This document shows positions 12,680 to 27,400 of a stretch of DNA of 64,000 bases, piece after piece (the first letter of the stretch is position 1; each line of letters begins with the position of its first letter). The stretch is from the NCBI RefSeq assembly GCF_001194135.2, contig NC_069005.1, forward strand, positions 16,116,074-16,180,073, read 5' to 3'. The notes beneath the pieces were generated by a model. That model was not told the origin of the DNA and did no database searches. It saw only the letters and a list, made by a program, of their open reading frames with translations. Position numbers and translations under genes: made by a program. The stretch is from Octopus bimaculoides. Taxonomy: Eukaryota.

Positions 12680-13752
12680 CTGACAGCAGGTGATAAAAAA
12701 ACTCTACGTCAACTATCAATATACATAAATATATATATATACCTTTATAGATACATCTATTTATATATGTATGCTAGATCTTTTGTGTATGTATGAAAGT
12801 ATATACGTATTCATATATGTATAGAAAGTATCACAGCAATGTTTTTTAAACTCTTAGCTTTCGTAAAAGAAGCATTGAAATTTTTTTGCTAGTTTTTAAA
12901 TTATCAAAACCAACAAGTAACACCAGTATTAAATATCTACATCCGCCCTAAATGTAACTTTAAAAATATATTCCTTCATAGATATATATTTATATGCTGA
13001 TATGTGTAAGTTAATTCCATTAGTGCACGGAAGTCCAACAGGTAGATAAAAAAAAAGTTATTAAAATTCTATATTACAGATCTGAGAGGAGAGTAGGAGG
13101 GAAGGAAGGAAAGAACACCACTTTAAATGATCGTTGACTGACTGATTGTTACGATGTGGGTAGGTAAACATCAACATATCCCAGCTTTTGCATATACACA
13201 CCTTAATGTGACCAGGTAACAGCGGATTTTGTGTACACACACACATGTAATCAAATACACACACATGATTTTTACCACTTTCTAATAAATAGTAGGCTTT
13301 GTCACTCCCTGACTTAGTTAAAAAAAAAAGGCCAGCTAGAGAGCTCGTCAGTCTAGTATTTGATAGCTTTTATTGAAGGTCAGTTTATAAATATAAGGTA
13401 TACCTTTTCAATACTTGAAGTTACCTTTTTTTTTAGCAGGATGGTAGTGAAACACGATTAAAAATATATTACCAAATAAAAGGAGACAAAAGTTTGATAA
13501 TTTATTTTACAATACGTTATAGTCATCGTCACTTAACGTACTGTTTTCCATGCTTGCATGGGTTAGATGGAATTTTGCTGAGGCAAGTTTTCGATACCTG
13601 TGTGCTCTTCCTGTCGCTAACCTTGACCTGTTTCCAAGCAAGGTATATTTCCACATGGCCAGACATGGTTTTAACATTAGACTAAAAATGAACAACCTCG
13701 CTTGTGCGGTGATGCTCGACTATAACAAGACAAGGTGTCTAGACAAAAGTAT

Positions 13753-13783
<31 letters not shown>

Positions 13784-14361
13784 ATATATCTTTTATCTGC
13801 TTGTCATTAGACTGCAGCTATGCTGGGGCACAGTCGAATGAATCAAACCAAATAATTTTTTTTTTTTTTCTCAGCCTGTTACTCATTCTGTGTCTTTTTG
13901 CCAGGCTGCTAAGTTACAGAGACATAAACAAACTGATAATGGTGGGGAGACACACACACACACACACACACATACAACAGGCTTCTTTCAGTTTCAATCA
14001 ATCAAATCCACTCACAAGGCTTTGGTCAGCCCAAGGCTATACTAGGAGATACTCGCCCAAGGTGTCACGCAGTGCAACTGAACCCAGAACCACGTGGTTG
14101 GAAAGCAAGCTTCTTACTACACAGCCATGTCTATATACATATACACACACATCCATCTATGTCTACATACACACACCAACACAATGGGCTTCTTTCAGTT
14201 TCCATCTACCAAATCTACTCATAAGGCTTTTGTCAGCCCTGAGCTATAGCAGTAGATGCTTGTTCAAGGTGCCATGAAGTAAGACTGAATCTAAAATCAC
14301 TTGGTCAAAAAGCAAGTTTCTTAACCACTTATGCCTTTTTTTTTTATATTGTAAAATAATA

Positions 14362-14685
14362 ATCATCATCATCATCGTTTAACGTCCGCTTTCCTTGCTA
14401 GCATGGGTTGGACGATTTGACTGAGGACTGGCGAACCAGATAGCTACACCAGGAAGGCGACGTTGGGCACAGGTGCCATCACAATTTCGCTTTCGCTTGC
14501 CCCAACAGGTCCTCGCAAGCCGAGTTTCGTGTCCAATGAAGGAGACGACGTTGGTATGGGTGCCAGTCACCGAATTTAGTTCGATTTCAATTTCACTTGC
14601 CTCAACAGGTCTTCGCAAGCGGAGTTTAGTGTCCAATGAAGGAAGGTACGCATAAGTAGGCTGGCTACATCCCTGGCAGAGGCCT
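14362..14685 (-). mobile_element. RTE LINE 3' end fragment
   Basis: Matches the 3'UTR of the 52.6-54.6 kb element, with the (CAT)n tail. Confidence 0.75.
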
Positions 14686-15575
14686 TAAAATATTGATATT
14701 GTAAAAGAAAAATAACACTAAAATATTGATCTCAAATTTTGATACAGCAATTTCAGGGGAAGGTATAAATCGATTACATCAACCCAGTGCTCAACTGGTA
14801 CTTATTTTATTGACTCAGAAAGGATGAAAGGCAAAACTGACCTTGGTGGCATTTGAACTCAGAACATAAAGATGGACAAAATGCCACAAAGCATTTTGTC
14901 CCACATGCTCACAATTCGACTAGCTCATCGCCTTAATACAGTAAAATATTGGGTTCAAATATTTGGCACAAGGCCAGCAACATTGGCGGAGGGGTAAGGT
15001 GGTACTTATTTTATTAACCCTGAAACATTACAAAGTCAAACTTGGCAGAATTTGAACTCAGAAAGTAAAGTCAGACAAAATGCCACAAAGTATTTTGCCC
15101 AGCATGTTCATGGTTCTGCCAGTTCGCTGCCTTAATAAATCTTAAAAATAAATATTTGATACAATAAACCATCAAAAACAGTAAAAAGAAAAAACAAATG
15201 AATTTCAAATATTTTTTCTTCCATTATTTGCTGCAAGAGTAATACAAGTATGAATCTAAAATTTGGCTCAGTATAATACATTTAAACATGTGAACAAGAA
15301 TTCTGCACAACTTTGCATGTGTGTATGTGTATCATCATCATTATCATCATAATTTAACGTCCATTTTCCATGTTGGCAGGGGTTAGACAGTTTGACAGGA
15401 ACTGGTAAGCCGGAGAGCTGTACCAGATTTGGCTTGGTTTCTCTGGCTGGATGCCCTTCCTAATGCCAACTACTCTCCAGAGTATACTGAGTGTCTTTTA
15501 ATTGTCATCAGCACTGGCCATGACTACAATTCCATTTAGTTTGACATGTCTTCTCAAGCACAGCAAACAGCTCAC

Positions 15576-15735
15576 CACAAAATTCGTTTATTGTGTAGAA
15601 GTTTTTCATGAAGCTATTTAGAACTGTTCTCTGCCCAGTGGTGAAAATACTGCTTATTATGCACAGCCAAACAGGAAAAGATTGCAAAACAGTCTCACAG
15701 AACTGTTTTAATAGAGACAGGCCTCTATGAGAGGA
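15576..15735 (-). CDS. Minus-strand gene exon (SSHRGLSLLKQFCETVLQSFPVWLCIISSIFTTGQRTVLNSFMKNFYTINEFC)
   Basis: Acceptor tattgcag|TCC, donor TGT G|GTGAGC, 160 nt, phase 0-1. It is a unique-sequence island among SINEs. Confidence 0.75.
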
Positions 15736-17268
15736 CTGCAATACATTTACATTAAGTTGCATGGAACTATATCAAACTGTTTTAAATAACACATGAAACA
15801 CCTACTAAATGTGTTGAGTGCCCTTTTCTTTCATTTGTCCAAATAGACAAATGGATAAATACACCAAAAATGAGGATCAGGGTTAGCTGAAGATACCAGT
15901 AACTAAGCAATAGCCCAGGACATCACATGCTTGAAATGGGAGAGGGGTATTTTTTTTTGTTAAGGAATCTTCAATATAATGAAAAAATGAAAAATAGAAA
16001 TAAACACTATATACCTAGATTTTAATAAACTGTAATGAAGACTTCATTTCTACATTAACAGATTTCAGTTTGAGCAAAAATTTAATTTATTTTTGAGGGA
16101 GTAAGGTTAGTCAATTATATCAACCCCCAGTATTCAATTGGTACTTTATTTTAGTGCTCCCACCTCCACCATAAGGCTGAAAAGAAAACCTCTGCCCAGG
16201 AAATTATGTGAAATCAAATGATGTGGAAAGAATTTAATGATGTGTGAACTAAAATAGGAGGGAATTTAATTCTTTGCCTGTCCAAATGTTTCTCCAAAAC
16301 ATTCATGCTTGTTTTCAGACTTAGTTGGCCCTTGTTTCATACATTCTGAGTGATAAAGCTTTCATTTCCTAAGTCTCAAGTTATTCTGGTGGTTGGAAAA
16401 AAAAAATGGGGAATGTGTATCATGTACAATGTATGAACACCAAGAAAACATGTCCTGTGAATCAAATGTGATACACAGGACAGGCAAAGGGTTAATATAA
16501 TACAAACAAGTTCAGAAAAAATGAGAGCTGAAGAAATGTAAAGTTAAAAACAACACAAAATGAAGTCTTTAATGGTTTAAACTTTTTGCAGTTACAGATG
16601 TTGATGCTTGTGGTAAGAAGCTTGCCTCCCAACCACATGGTTCTGGTTTCAATCCAATTGTGTGGCACCTTGGGCAAGTGTCTTCTACTATAGCCTCAGG
16701 CTGACCAAAGCCTTGTGAGTGGATTTGGTAGATGGAAACTGAAAGAAGCTCGTCATGTATATAAATATTCTTTTACTTCTTTCAGTCATTTGACTGCAGC
16801 CATACTGGAGCACTGCCTTTAGTTGAACAAATCGAACCTAGGACTTATTCTTTGTAAGCCTACTACTTATGCTATCAGCGTCTTTTGCTGAACTGCTAAG
16901 TTACGAGATTCTTTCAGTTTCTATGTACCAAATCCATTCACAAGGCTTTGGTTAGCCCAAGGCTATAGTAGAAGACACTTGCCCAACATGCCACTGGCTC
17001 TTGTGTGGGTGGCACATGAAATGCACCATTTTGAGCGTGGCCGTTGCCAGTACCGCCTGATTGGCCTTCGTGCGGGTGACACGTAAAAGCACCCACTACA
17101 CTCTCTGAGTGGTTGGCGTTAGGAAGGGCATCCAGCTGTAGAAACTCTGCAAAATCAGATTGGAGCCTGGTGTAGCCATCTGGTTCACCAGTCCTCAGTC
17201 AAATCGTACAACCCATGCTAGCATGGAAAGCGGACGTTAAACGATGATGATGATCATCATCATCATCA

Positions 17269-17714
17269 NNNNNNNNNNNNNNNNNNNNNNNNNNNNNNNN
17301 NNNNNNNNNNNNNNNNNNNNNNNNNNNNNNNNNNNNNNNNNNNNNNNNNNNNNNNNNNNNNNNNNNNNNNNNNNNNNNNNNNNNNNNNNNNNNNNNNNNN
17401 NNNNNNNNNNNNNNNNNNNNNNNNNNNNNNNNNNNNNNNNNNNNNNNNNNNNNNNNNNNNNNNNNNNNNNNNNNNNNNNNNNNNNNNNNNNNNNNNNNNN
17501 NNNNNNNNNNNNNNNNNNNNNNNNNNNNNNNNNNNNNNNNNNNNNNNNNNNNNNNNNNNNNNNNNNNNNNNNNNNNNNNNNNNNNNNNNNNNNNNNNNNN
17601 NNNNNNNNNNNNNNNNNNNNNNNNNNNNNNNNNNNNNNNNNNNNNNNNNNNNNNNNNNNNNNNNNNNNNNNNNNNNNNNNNNNNNNNNNNNNNNNNNNNN
17701 NNNNNNNNNNNNNN
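17269..17714. other. Assembly gap (others: 20462-20561, 20939-20948, 55941-56565, 60866-60875, 62554-63323)
   Basis: N runs. Confidence 1.
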
Positions 17715-17980
17715 TCTCTCGTTCATTTCAGCCATGCAGCTGCAGTCATGCTCGAGTACCTATATATATATAAGCAATGTTAATTCTCTAAATGAGGTAT
17801 TAACAGTAACTGCACGATAAAGTGTAGTATATTGCCACTTAAGTGTGGCTGACCCCTAGGGGTGGATGTTACTGTTGCTTTTAGCCCCAGGAGGACATCT
17901 CCTCCAGCTGGCTTATCGACACACTACTGTGTCATGTTTGCCAAGGGAAGTTATCCCTCTCACCATGATCTGTAGCACGA

Positions 17981-18015
<35 letters not shown>

Positions 18016-19786
18016 AGTGAGTGTCTCCCACCACTGCTTGACAACCAGTGCTGGTATGTTTACATACCTGTAACTTAGCAGTTCCTGCAAAAGATACTAA
18101 GAGAATAAGTACTAAACTTAAAAATAATAAGTCCTGGGGTTGATTTGTTTCACTAAGAAACACTTTAAGGCAGTGCCCCAGCATAGCCATGGTCAAATGA
18201 CTGAAACAAGTAAAAGATAAAAGTTTCAGAAATAAGAGCCAGAAACGAAGGCATGGCAGATATTGAGAAGAAATGAATGTAGTTATCAAAATTTTGCAAA
18301 CCGTGAAACGGAAAAGAGAAAAACATTTTATCATCCGTTGGCAAAACATAAAATATTTGACAGGAATGTTTTTATGTTAAAGAATGCAGTACATTGACTG
18401 TGTTTGGCAAAAGCAAGAATTAGTTGGAAACTATTCAGTGTAGTATAAAACAAACTAACCTCAGATATTTAATGATTTTTTTTTAAACACAAAAGGTAAT
18501 ATTCTGAGTGATATTCATTCACTATGAAAGGGAAATAAACTGACACTTATAGACTGCAGACAATACAGTATGTTGTTGTGAAGGGAGAATTGGCCGTCAG
18601 GGTGATAGAAGACATGATGTTAGTGTTGACAATGGTGGTGACTAGCGCTAGGAAAAACAAAAACCTTTGATAAAAGACATTCCAGCCACAATCATGCTGT
18701 TGCTTTATATATCCGGAACTACATTGTCTGGTATGTTTTTCCCTCTTTGAAAAGGTCAGTGTGTATGATTTGTAGGAGATTTGGATTTTGTTTACAGATA
18801 ACTGAATGACCATGTAGATCAGTGTTTCCCTACCATTTTGATTGCTATTTTACTTATATATACTCACCTAGTTGTCCAATGTTTAAAAAATCATATATTT
18901 TAATAATTAAATATTATCAGGAATTCATCATCATCATAGTTTAATGTCTACTTTCCATGCTGGCATGGATTGGACAGTTTGACATGGAGCTGGCCAGTTG
19001 GGAGCTGTCGAAACTCTGTGGTATGGTTTCTATGGCTGGATGCCTTTCCTAACACCAACCACTTAACAGATGGCGAAGGTGCATTTACGCAGCACTGGCA
19101 TGGATGTGTTAATGCAGCACTGTCATGGGTGCTTTTTAAGTGGCACCAACACTGCCAAAGGACAAGTCTGTATGTGTGGAAGGCAACAATTTTATTTAGC
19201 TTGGTGCTTTCTTATCAAGAACAGCAAATCGTCACACCTCTCAGTCCTCATCATTTCCTCAGTGAGGCCCAGTGCCCAAAGATCCTTTCCCACCACTTCA
19301 TCTGACATCTTCCTGGGTCTATCCCTTCTATAGGTAGCCTCCACAATTAAAGCTCAGCACTTTTTTATGCAGCTGTCCTCAGAAGTATAACCAATTTATT
19401 GCAGCTAAATTTTAACAAAATCTTATATGGACCTTGGTTGAGAACCACTGAGGAACTCTATCCTTTGCTCATTCACTCCTTGGCTTACATGTCACAGACA
19501 ACTGTCATGAAAGTCACAGCTTTAGTTTAAAAACCTGGAGCATTCTTAAACCAAATTTCTCAGGACAGCTGGCCTTTATTTAAGTCAACAACTAATTAAA
19601 CAGCTAATAGTAGCGATGTGGTACTGAATTTTGCTTCCCAGCCATATGGTTCCAGGTTTAATTCCACTGCATGACAACTTTGGAAAGTTAAGGTGTCTTC
19701 TACTACAGTCCCAAGCCAATCAAAGTCTTGCGAGTGGATTTGGTAAATGATAAGCGGAATAAACCCATTGTGTATGTAAATATGTC

Positions 19787-19822
<36 letters not shown>

Positions 19823-19919
19823 ATGAGTGCGCACATATGTGCATGTGTGTAAGCATGTGTATGTGTTACTGTCTCTTTGTCTTGACATGTGATAGTTCTA
19901 AATGAGTGCCAGCATCATG

Positions 19920-20461
19920 CAAGCTAAGAAACGAAGCCAGTATGCTCCGATGGATGTGTAATGTCAGTGTGCATACTTGACAGAGTGTAAGTGCCTTGAG
20001 AAAAAAGTTGAACCTAAGAAGCATCAGTTGTGGTGTGCAAGAGAGACGATTGCGCTGGTATGGTCATGTGGCGAGAATGGATGAGGATAGCTGTGTGAAA
20101 AAGTGCCACACCCTAGCGGATGAGGGAACCCATGGAAGAGGCAGGCCCAGGAAGACCTTTACTCTTGAAGCAATTGACTATGGTGCTACTATGCCAGTCA
20201 TTGGGTATGACTCCATCATGAACTACCTGGTTTACAATATGGGTGACTAGGCCATAGCCCACACCAGATGCTTTAAGTATTTCAGCAGTGATTCCTGATG
20301 GGCTGGGGGCTTTCCCTGGCTTCATACCCTTAATTGCTTTATCTACCAGGGTGCTATCTATTCAGGTAACTGGTCCCTCAATTGGGTCAACATTTGGGAG
20401 GCTCTCCTCCCGTTCATTCTCCACATTCAGCAGTCTTTCATAATGGCTTCTCCAAGCCTCT
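19920..20461. mobile_element. Two abutting RTE LINE fragments in opposite orientation
   Basis: Plus piece 19920-20158 (ERRLRWYGHV...GRGRPRKT). Minus piece 20160-20461 (MKPGKAPSPSGITAEILKA...STIVNCFKSK). Confidence 0.85.
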
Positions 20462-20898
20462 NNNNNNNNNNNNNNNNNNNNNNNNNNNNNNNNNNNNNNN
20501 NNNNNNNNNNNNNNNNNNNNNNNNNNNNNNNNNNNNNNNNNNNNNNNNNNNNNNNNNNNNNCTTCAATTTCATTACACCATTTATGTGGCTGTTTCTGAC
20601 AAGAAATTTTGTTTTCATGTAAAACAACTGTATTTTGTAATCATTATACGTAATGTACTCCCAAAACATTTCAGTAGCTCTACTTCACATCACTTGCAAA
20701 CTTATATGTTCTATGGTCATTAAAGTGCAACAACTTCCACAATAACCAGCCTTCAATGTAATTTTCCATTCCTAGGTTAATTGGAAACATAGATTGCTGT
20801 GCTACTCATAAACTCTCTCAGTAGTTCAATTATTTGGTGAAAACAATACCACCAAAGCAACTTAAACTGTCCAAAGGACAGGTGCATTTGCTACTATA

Positions 20899-20938
<40 letters not shown>

Positions 20939-20989
20939 NNNNNNNNNNCATACATACACATATACATGTCTCTTTAATATGGTGTTTGA

Positions 20990-22035
20990 GCTCCTCTTTA
21001 GTGAATTTTTTTAGCAGCTGCCACAAACTTCGCCCTTTTGATTTTGCATGTCATATGCACAATGCAGAGCTTGAAACTGTTAACACCCACATGTGGTGAA
21101 ACAGTGCTCCTTGCTTAAAGTAGGCCTATAAAAAGTAATTGAAAAGGTTGAGACTTGGGATATTATGGGGCCAAATCTTTTCACCAAGGAAGGCCTATGT
21201 TGCTTTTGACCCATTGCATGATGCAGAATCCTAGATAAGCACCACATTGTCAAACCCAAGCTTCTGCTCCATCCAAAGTAACATAGATTCTTCAGGATGT
21301 CCAGATACTCCTTTGTGCTGATCTTCAAGCCAGACTCAATGAAGAGTGGATCCAGAACATTTCCATCACCTTCCACAGCTCCAAGTACCATCACAGAGGC
21401 AGGATTCTTAGTCTCAAACACAGCGGGGACATCAGAAGGGTTGTATGCAATCACTTGAGAATTTCTGCAATTCACCTCAGCGTCCAAAGTGAATTTCTTC
21501 TCATCCACAAACATGAGAGTTTTTCCTGCACCTTGATGCTTGATGAATGACAGAAGCTTTGGGTATCTCTTGGCTCTAATTGCTTTGGCCTTGGCTGTTA
21601 GGTGATGGCATTGTTGAACATAGCTAGTCAGGCCAAGGTTCCCATTCACAGATCTGGACACCATAGAAAGGGACACATTGCATTTCTATACAAGAGTAGT
21701 CATGGATGTGAATGGGTTGGCTTCAATTGAGTGTTTGAGGCCAGCGAGAAACTTTGGATTGCACTTGGAATCACTTTGAGTCTTGTGTTCTTTTCTATCA
21801 ATCTTTCCCTCTTCTTTAAATTGTTTATACACACGGTAAACTGTCGCTTTTGGAAATTTCAACTTGACAATGACTTTCTGTTGTCAAATCAGTTTGCTAT
21901 TTACCTGAAAAATAGAGGAGGATTAGATTTTCAATCAAGCAAGATTTTGCCAAAAAATGAAATGTTAAACTCACTAAGTCAACTGCTTAAAATTGGTCTC
22001 AATTTATCTGCAAGACCTCAAAATGTAACCCCCTG
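20990..22035 (-). mobile_element. Decayed Tc1/mariner-superfamily transposon (maT/DD37D-like)
   Basis: ORF 21080-21676 has FVDEKKF...TKNPASVMVLGAV...GLKISTKEYLDIL. The third catalytic residue region is lost, so the subfamily is an inference. Confidence 0.8.
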
Positions 22036-23319
22036 TGAATCGTTGGTGATTTTCTTCCTCCGTCTTCCCGTCTTTTGGACGTTCCTCTATTTCTGAAGAA
22101 GAGTTTTGCTCGAAACCTTAAATCCTCTTTCTTTCCTTTCCTGAGCGTCTGATAGTACATTACTTGTACCACGTCCTTGTGTTGTTGTTTTTTCATGTTT
22201 GTTATTCTTTGTTTGGATTGACTATATATAAAGAGAGAGGGGGAGGGGAGGAAGAGAGAGATACATACATGTTTTGTTTTGTTAGTTATGAGTTGGTGAA
22301 AAACTCTTTTTTCTCCTAACTAGAGAGACAAATTTAATTTTGTAAGTGGTAAAGTAGGAACATCTTTTTTCTTTCCTACACTTGCATAATTTAGGCAAAT
22401 CTGTCTGGTAACTACTGCCATTGCACTATCAACTTTATTATGAGAGATAATACAAACATATAACCTATGAACCATATTTTATCATTTTGTTTTTTGTTTT
22501 TTTTTTATGATTAGAGGCAAACAGTAATAATAAATACAATATGAAAAGACCAAGTGATCATTAAGACTTGTATAAAAAGATGCTAAATTAATATTTTCTT
22601 TCAACAAAGGAACATAATTTCAAGGAGTAACATATTACATATGAATTATTGATTTTGGTAAGTATAAATATATTTATCAACACAATGTGGTGTCAGAACA
22701 TTCACTGATATAGTTTTTTTTAAAATTTATTTTTCAGTTTCTGCGAGATAAAATGATTTTGTGTATGTATGGGTGTGACTGGGTTGAAGCTCAGGTCAAC
22801 AGCACATACCTATAAATAACAACACCCCACCTCCCACAAATTTACTTCAATCAGTTCACTTTGAGGGTGACCAAATGGATGGACCCTGATGAAGCTGCAC
22901 CAACAATATTACAAGGTTGCATTGGCAACAGTGAGTAGTCATTGCAGCAGAAACACATGGAGGTCATTATAATATGCTGTGTACAACTATAAAATAAATT
23001 ATGTGGATGTACAAGTCTCCATACTCTTTATTATTATTAATATTAATAATATACATTCCAGACAATTTTTACTGTCCAGCAAAGAGAAGGCAGAATTACC
23101 CATCAGAAGAATTCACAGACTTACAACTAAATGTAGTCCTGACTGTTGTGGTTAGCCATTAATTAGAACTTAACTGAGAGCTAATACGGTATCTGTTGGA
23201 TAATATATCCCTCCAAAAACTTACTTATATATATTATATCTTTTACTTATTTCAGTCTTTAGACTGTGGCCATGCTGGGGCAGCACCTTGAAGAACTTTT
23301 AAATTCAATAAAATGTATT

Positions 23320-24450
23320 GAAGCACCATCAGAATGGCGTTCATTTGTAAAAGCTGTAAATGACTTTCTGAGCAACACAAAAGCAACCAACTATGCTAAA
23401 AGGGATGAGTGGGGAGAACATTTCCATCAGAACATAAATTCAATGGAACAAAGGTAACAAGGCAGATGGAACTTGCATGTGATGGTAGACTATTTCAGGA
23501 ACTTGACTCGTGATCTTCTTGAGGTTCAACACTCAAGGTAATCATCCAAATGCAAATTCATGAGAAATTAGGCATAAACAATGATGTAATTTGTCAGTAG
23601 AAATTTTTTCATTTTTACTAGTAGAATTTTAAGAAAACATTCTGCTTTGAAGACAAAACAATTTCTATGTATGGTTGTATATTATGTCTTATTTCTCATA
23701 AGCTATTTAATTGAAGAAACAATAAAATTCTATGGATCCAGTACCTTAAAATCTTGATGTGATGGTTATAAATGAATGTCATTTTCGGATTCTGTGTTCC
23801 AAAAACAAAAAGAATAAAAAACTGATTCAGGTCCAAATATTTTAACAACAGAAAAAAAATGTTTTTTTTTGTTTTTGATGTGTAGTTTATACGTCTACAA
23901 AAAGAAAGAATGGTCAAGGCCAGAATCCTTTTGATTATAGTAGCAAACCTGAAACCCAGCATCTGTGATAGGTGGATCAGAATGCCCTTAACTTTGGGAC
24001 CTAAAATATTTTATCATTAATTTATGAATTTGTTATAACTATTTAATCAAATAAACAGAGGAACTCTGAAAACACTAAATTTCTTTCAGAAATATTGTAA
24101 GCCTTTTGATGCCAACACACCAGAAATTCTATCTGGTTCTCTGTTATAAAGACGCAATTATTTTCAGTGTTAACTGAAACCTATAAACAGTGAGCATTAT
24201 TTTAAAAGATAGCTATCCGTGCATCATACTTAATGCATACACGTTGTCAATAGGCCAGTTACAGGAAAATTTGCCCTGCGATAACTTTTAAGGACTTGCC
24301 ATGTTTAGCTGAGAGTATGCATCATTGAAAAGGTTCAAAACAATCAGAATGCATCTGGCACAGCTGAAACGAATTTTTGTTTCTGATATTTGTGATATTT
24401 AACACAGCAAATCCAAAAGAGATGTTTTCTCAGGACAATAACTGCAGTAA
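23320..24450 (+). mobile_element. Remnant of an unclassified invertebrate DNA transposon
   Basis: WRSFVKAVNDFLSNTKATNY...DEWGEHFHQNINSMEQR*QGRW resembles the DEQGERFHQDI...MEKRYQGRW transposase family. Right boundary is approximate. Confidence 0.6.
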
Positions 24451-27400
24451 CTGGCCTTTCAACTGCATATATACATTAAGTATTATATTCTTTCATTCTT
24501 TTACCTGTTTCAGTCATCTGATTGTGACCATGCTGGAGCACCACCTTAAAAGGTTTAAGTTGAAGAATTTGATCCCAGGACTAATTCTTTGTAAGCCTAG
24601 TTCTTATTCTATCAGTCCCTTTTGCTGAACCACTGAGTTATGGGCTCATAAACACACCAGCATCGGTTGTCAAGCGATAGTGGGGGCACAAACACAAACA
24701 CATACATACCTCTATCTATCTATATATATATATATATACATACACAGTGGGCTTCTTTCAGTTTCTGTTTGCCAAGTCCACTCACAAGGCTTTGGTCAGC
24801 TTGCCCAAAGTGTCATACAGTAGGACTGAACTGAGTATACTGAATTTTATGGATATTTTTAAAATATTTTTTTTTAAAGATATTTGGCTACTCATTTGAG
24901 TATACTGACAACAATGAAGTTGAATTTCTAAAGCATTTTAATCAAGCCATCCCACCTGGGACCACATCTGGTTTTATGAGACAAAGACGCACTTTTTTAA
25001 AAAACCTGGGCCCCAGCTACAACTTACAGAGAATACACTGAATAGCATCAGTTAGAACTGATGTAGACTGGTCAGTTTTCATGTGAAATAAGTTAGTTGT
25101 TCCTGATGACATTTGAACTGAATTAGTGTGGAGGAGGGCAAAATTTTCAGAGTTAAAAATACAAATAAAATGTTAAAAATCATGTTGCCCTTGACAACAT
25201 GTGTACAGTGGAAGTAAGTCAGTAACAATGTAGGAAGTAAATGGGGCATTTTAAATTAACATGTAAACAGTAGCTGGACAGGTAGGGTGAGAAAAAAAGG
25301 AGAGTAAGAGAAATTAGGGAAAGAAGAATGAAACAGGCAGACTGACATAAAGACAGAAAAATAAAGAAAAGAAATAGAAAGGAAAATAATGTCTATATAT
25401 AACACACACTCTCTGACACTTGATAATATAGTCACCTTCATCTTTCAATTACTCCTTCCTCTCCCACCCTCTTATGCTAATCACTGTTCCTCTTAACACA
25501 CCACCCACTCACTATGGTCCTTCTTTCTCTTTTCTATTCATCATCACACACTATCTTGAAGAAAGGAGATAATGCACAATTACAAAGTTCCTTTAGCCAT
25601 GCAGCATAAAGTAAGTAACCTCACTAATGCTGGTGCTATGATTAAAATGTACTGAATGCACTATATATAAAGTAGTTGACAAATAAGCAGAGACAATACA
25701 AGGTCAAGAGAACCCGTTATTCTTACTGAGGACAAAGCAACCACACTAATGCTGGTGCCATGATACAATGCACCTATAGCAGGAATATTCAGCAATCACC
25801 TGATGTCCTGATTTGCTGGAATATTACCCATGTAAACAAAGAAATCTGACCAATCACATCTTCGCATGGAATAGGCTCAAGCAACAATTTCCTCTTTTCA
25901 CATGCTTCCTTCTGAGCCTAATCAATATAAATTCAACACACCATGACAACTAGACAGAGAGCTTTAGGATGCAGCAGAGAGAGCAGTGATAGACGACTTT
26001 AGGAAATCACCAACAGAAATGGTGGACAACAACTGACAACACATGATCGGTCAGAGGATGAACATTAGACATTAGAAGTCAGTGGCACATCAAGCAACTA
26101 ACCACATTTTATCCTCTGTTACTACTACACCAAGGACAATAACATTCAAAACTCACTTGGTGTTTTGTCATTTGCAGTCATGACAACATTTGGTGGGTTT
26201 TACATGTGTACAAAAAGAATAAAATTTTGCTTATCAAAAGCCACTACCTTCTCCAGTGTTCTTTTTCCTACAACTGGTGACCCTGATGCAAGAAAAAAAA
26301 GTTAGAACTCATACACACCTGACAGATTCAGTTAAGAAGAGCATCCAGCAATGAAACTATGCTAACATGGAACGTGAATGAGTATAATAAATACATATGA
26401 GCATCATCATTTTATATTCACTTCTCATACTGGTATGCATTAGCCAGGTTATCATGGCTCAAGTCAGTTGTTATTCAGTGACCAGTTAAGTCAAAAATTC
26501 AAGTAACTCTCATCTATAAAGGTTACCTTAGCCTATATTTTACCCAATGAATTTTCATTTGGTAACATCATTTGTGTCAGTGCCACATAAAAAGCACTTA
26601 ATACATTCTGTAAAGGGGTTGGCATTAGGAAAGACAGCCAACTGTAAAAATCATTCCAAAGCAGACAATAAAGTTTGATGAAGTCCTCTTGGCTGCTGGC
26701 TCCTGTCAAACCACCCAACCCACTCCAGCATGGAAAACAGATGATGATGATGATGATGATGATATTAAACTATATTTTGGCAAACCATGTCTGTATTTGA
26801 TTATCTGATCTCATTTCACACCTTCTCTTTTCAGTCTCATATTAATAACAGAACAAACAAAATATTTCAGGTTTTAAATTACAAAACCAGTTTCAAGCCA
26901 GTCCAAGGTATCCTAAATATAATCACAACATCATTCAATATAATCAATAACTATCAATGCTGCTCAATTATGTATCACTAAAACATCATTTCACAGATTA
27001 CATAGTAGCAACTAATTAATAGAGTTTAAGGTCATCTTTAGGTATTCGCCACATAATCTTCCATATCTAAGAGAAATAACAATCTTCCATATCTTATAGT
27101 AACATGATTTTTGTTCCTATTTACTAATCCCTAGAGAATATGAAAAATGGCTAATATTTCCTTCAGACTTTGCTTTTCTTACATTCATTAAAAACCCAAA
27201 GAATTCCTCTCAGCACATGACTATGATGCTCCCCTGCTACGCCTACCCATCATCAGAGATACACATATTGTCAGCCACTAAAGAACATGCTCAAGTGGTT
27301 AGGTCAAGCATCTGACAAGTAAATCCATGGTGTTGAGCAGAACATTTGCTATAATGATATTTCTGCTTCATCAACTCAGTGCTGAATCTGTGTGAAATGT

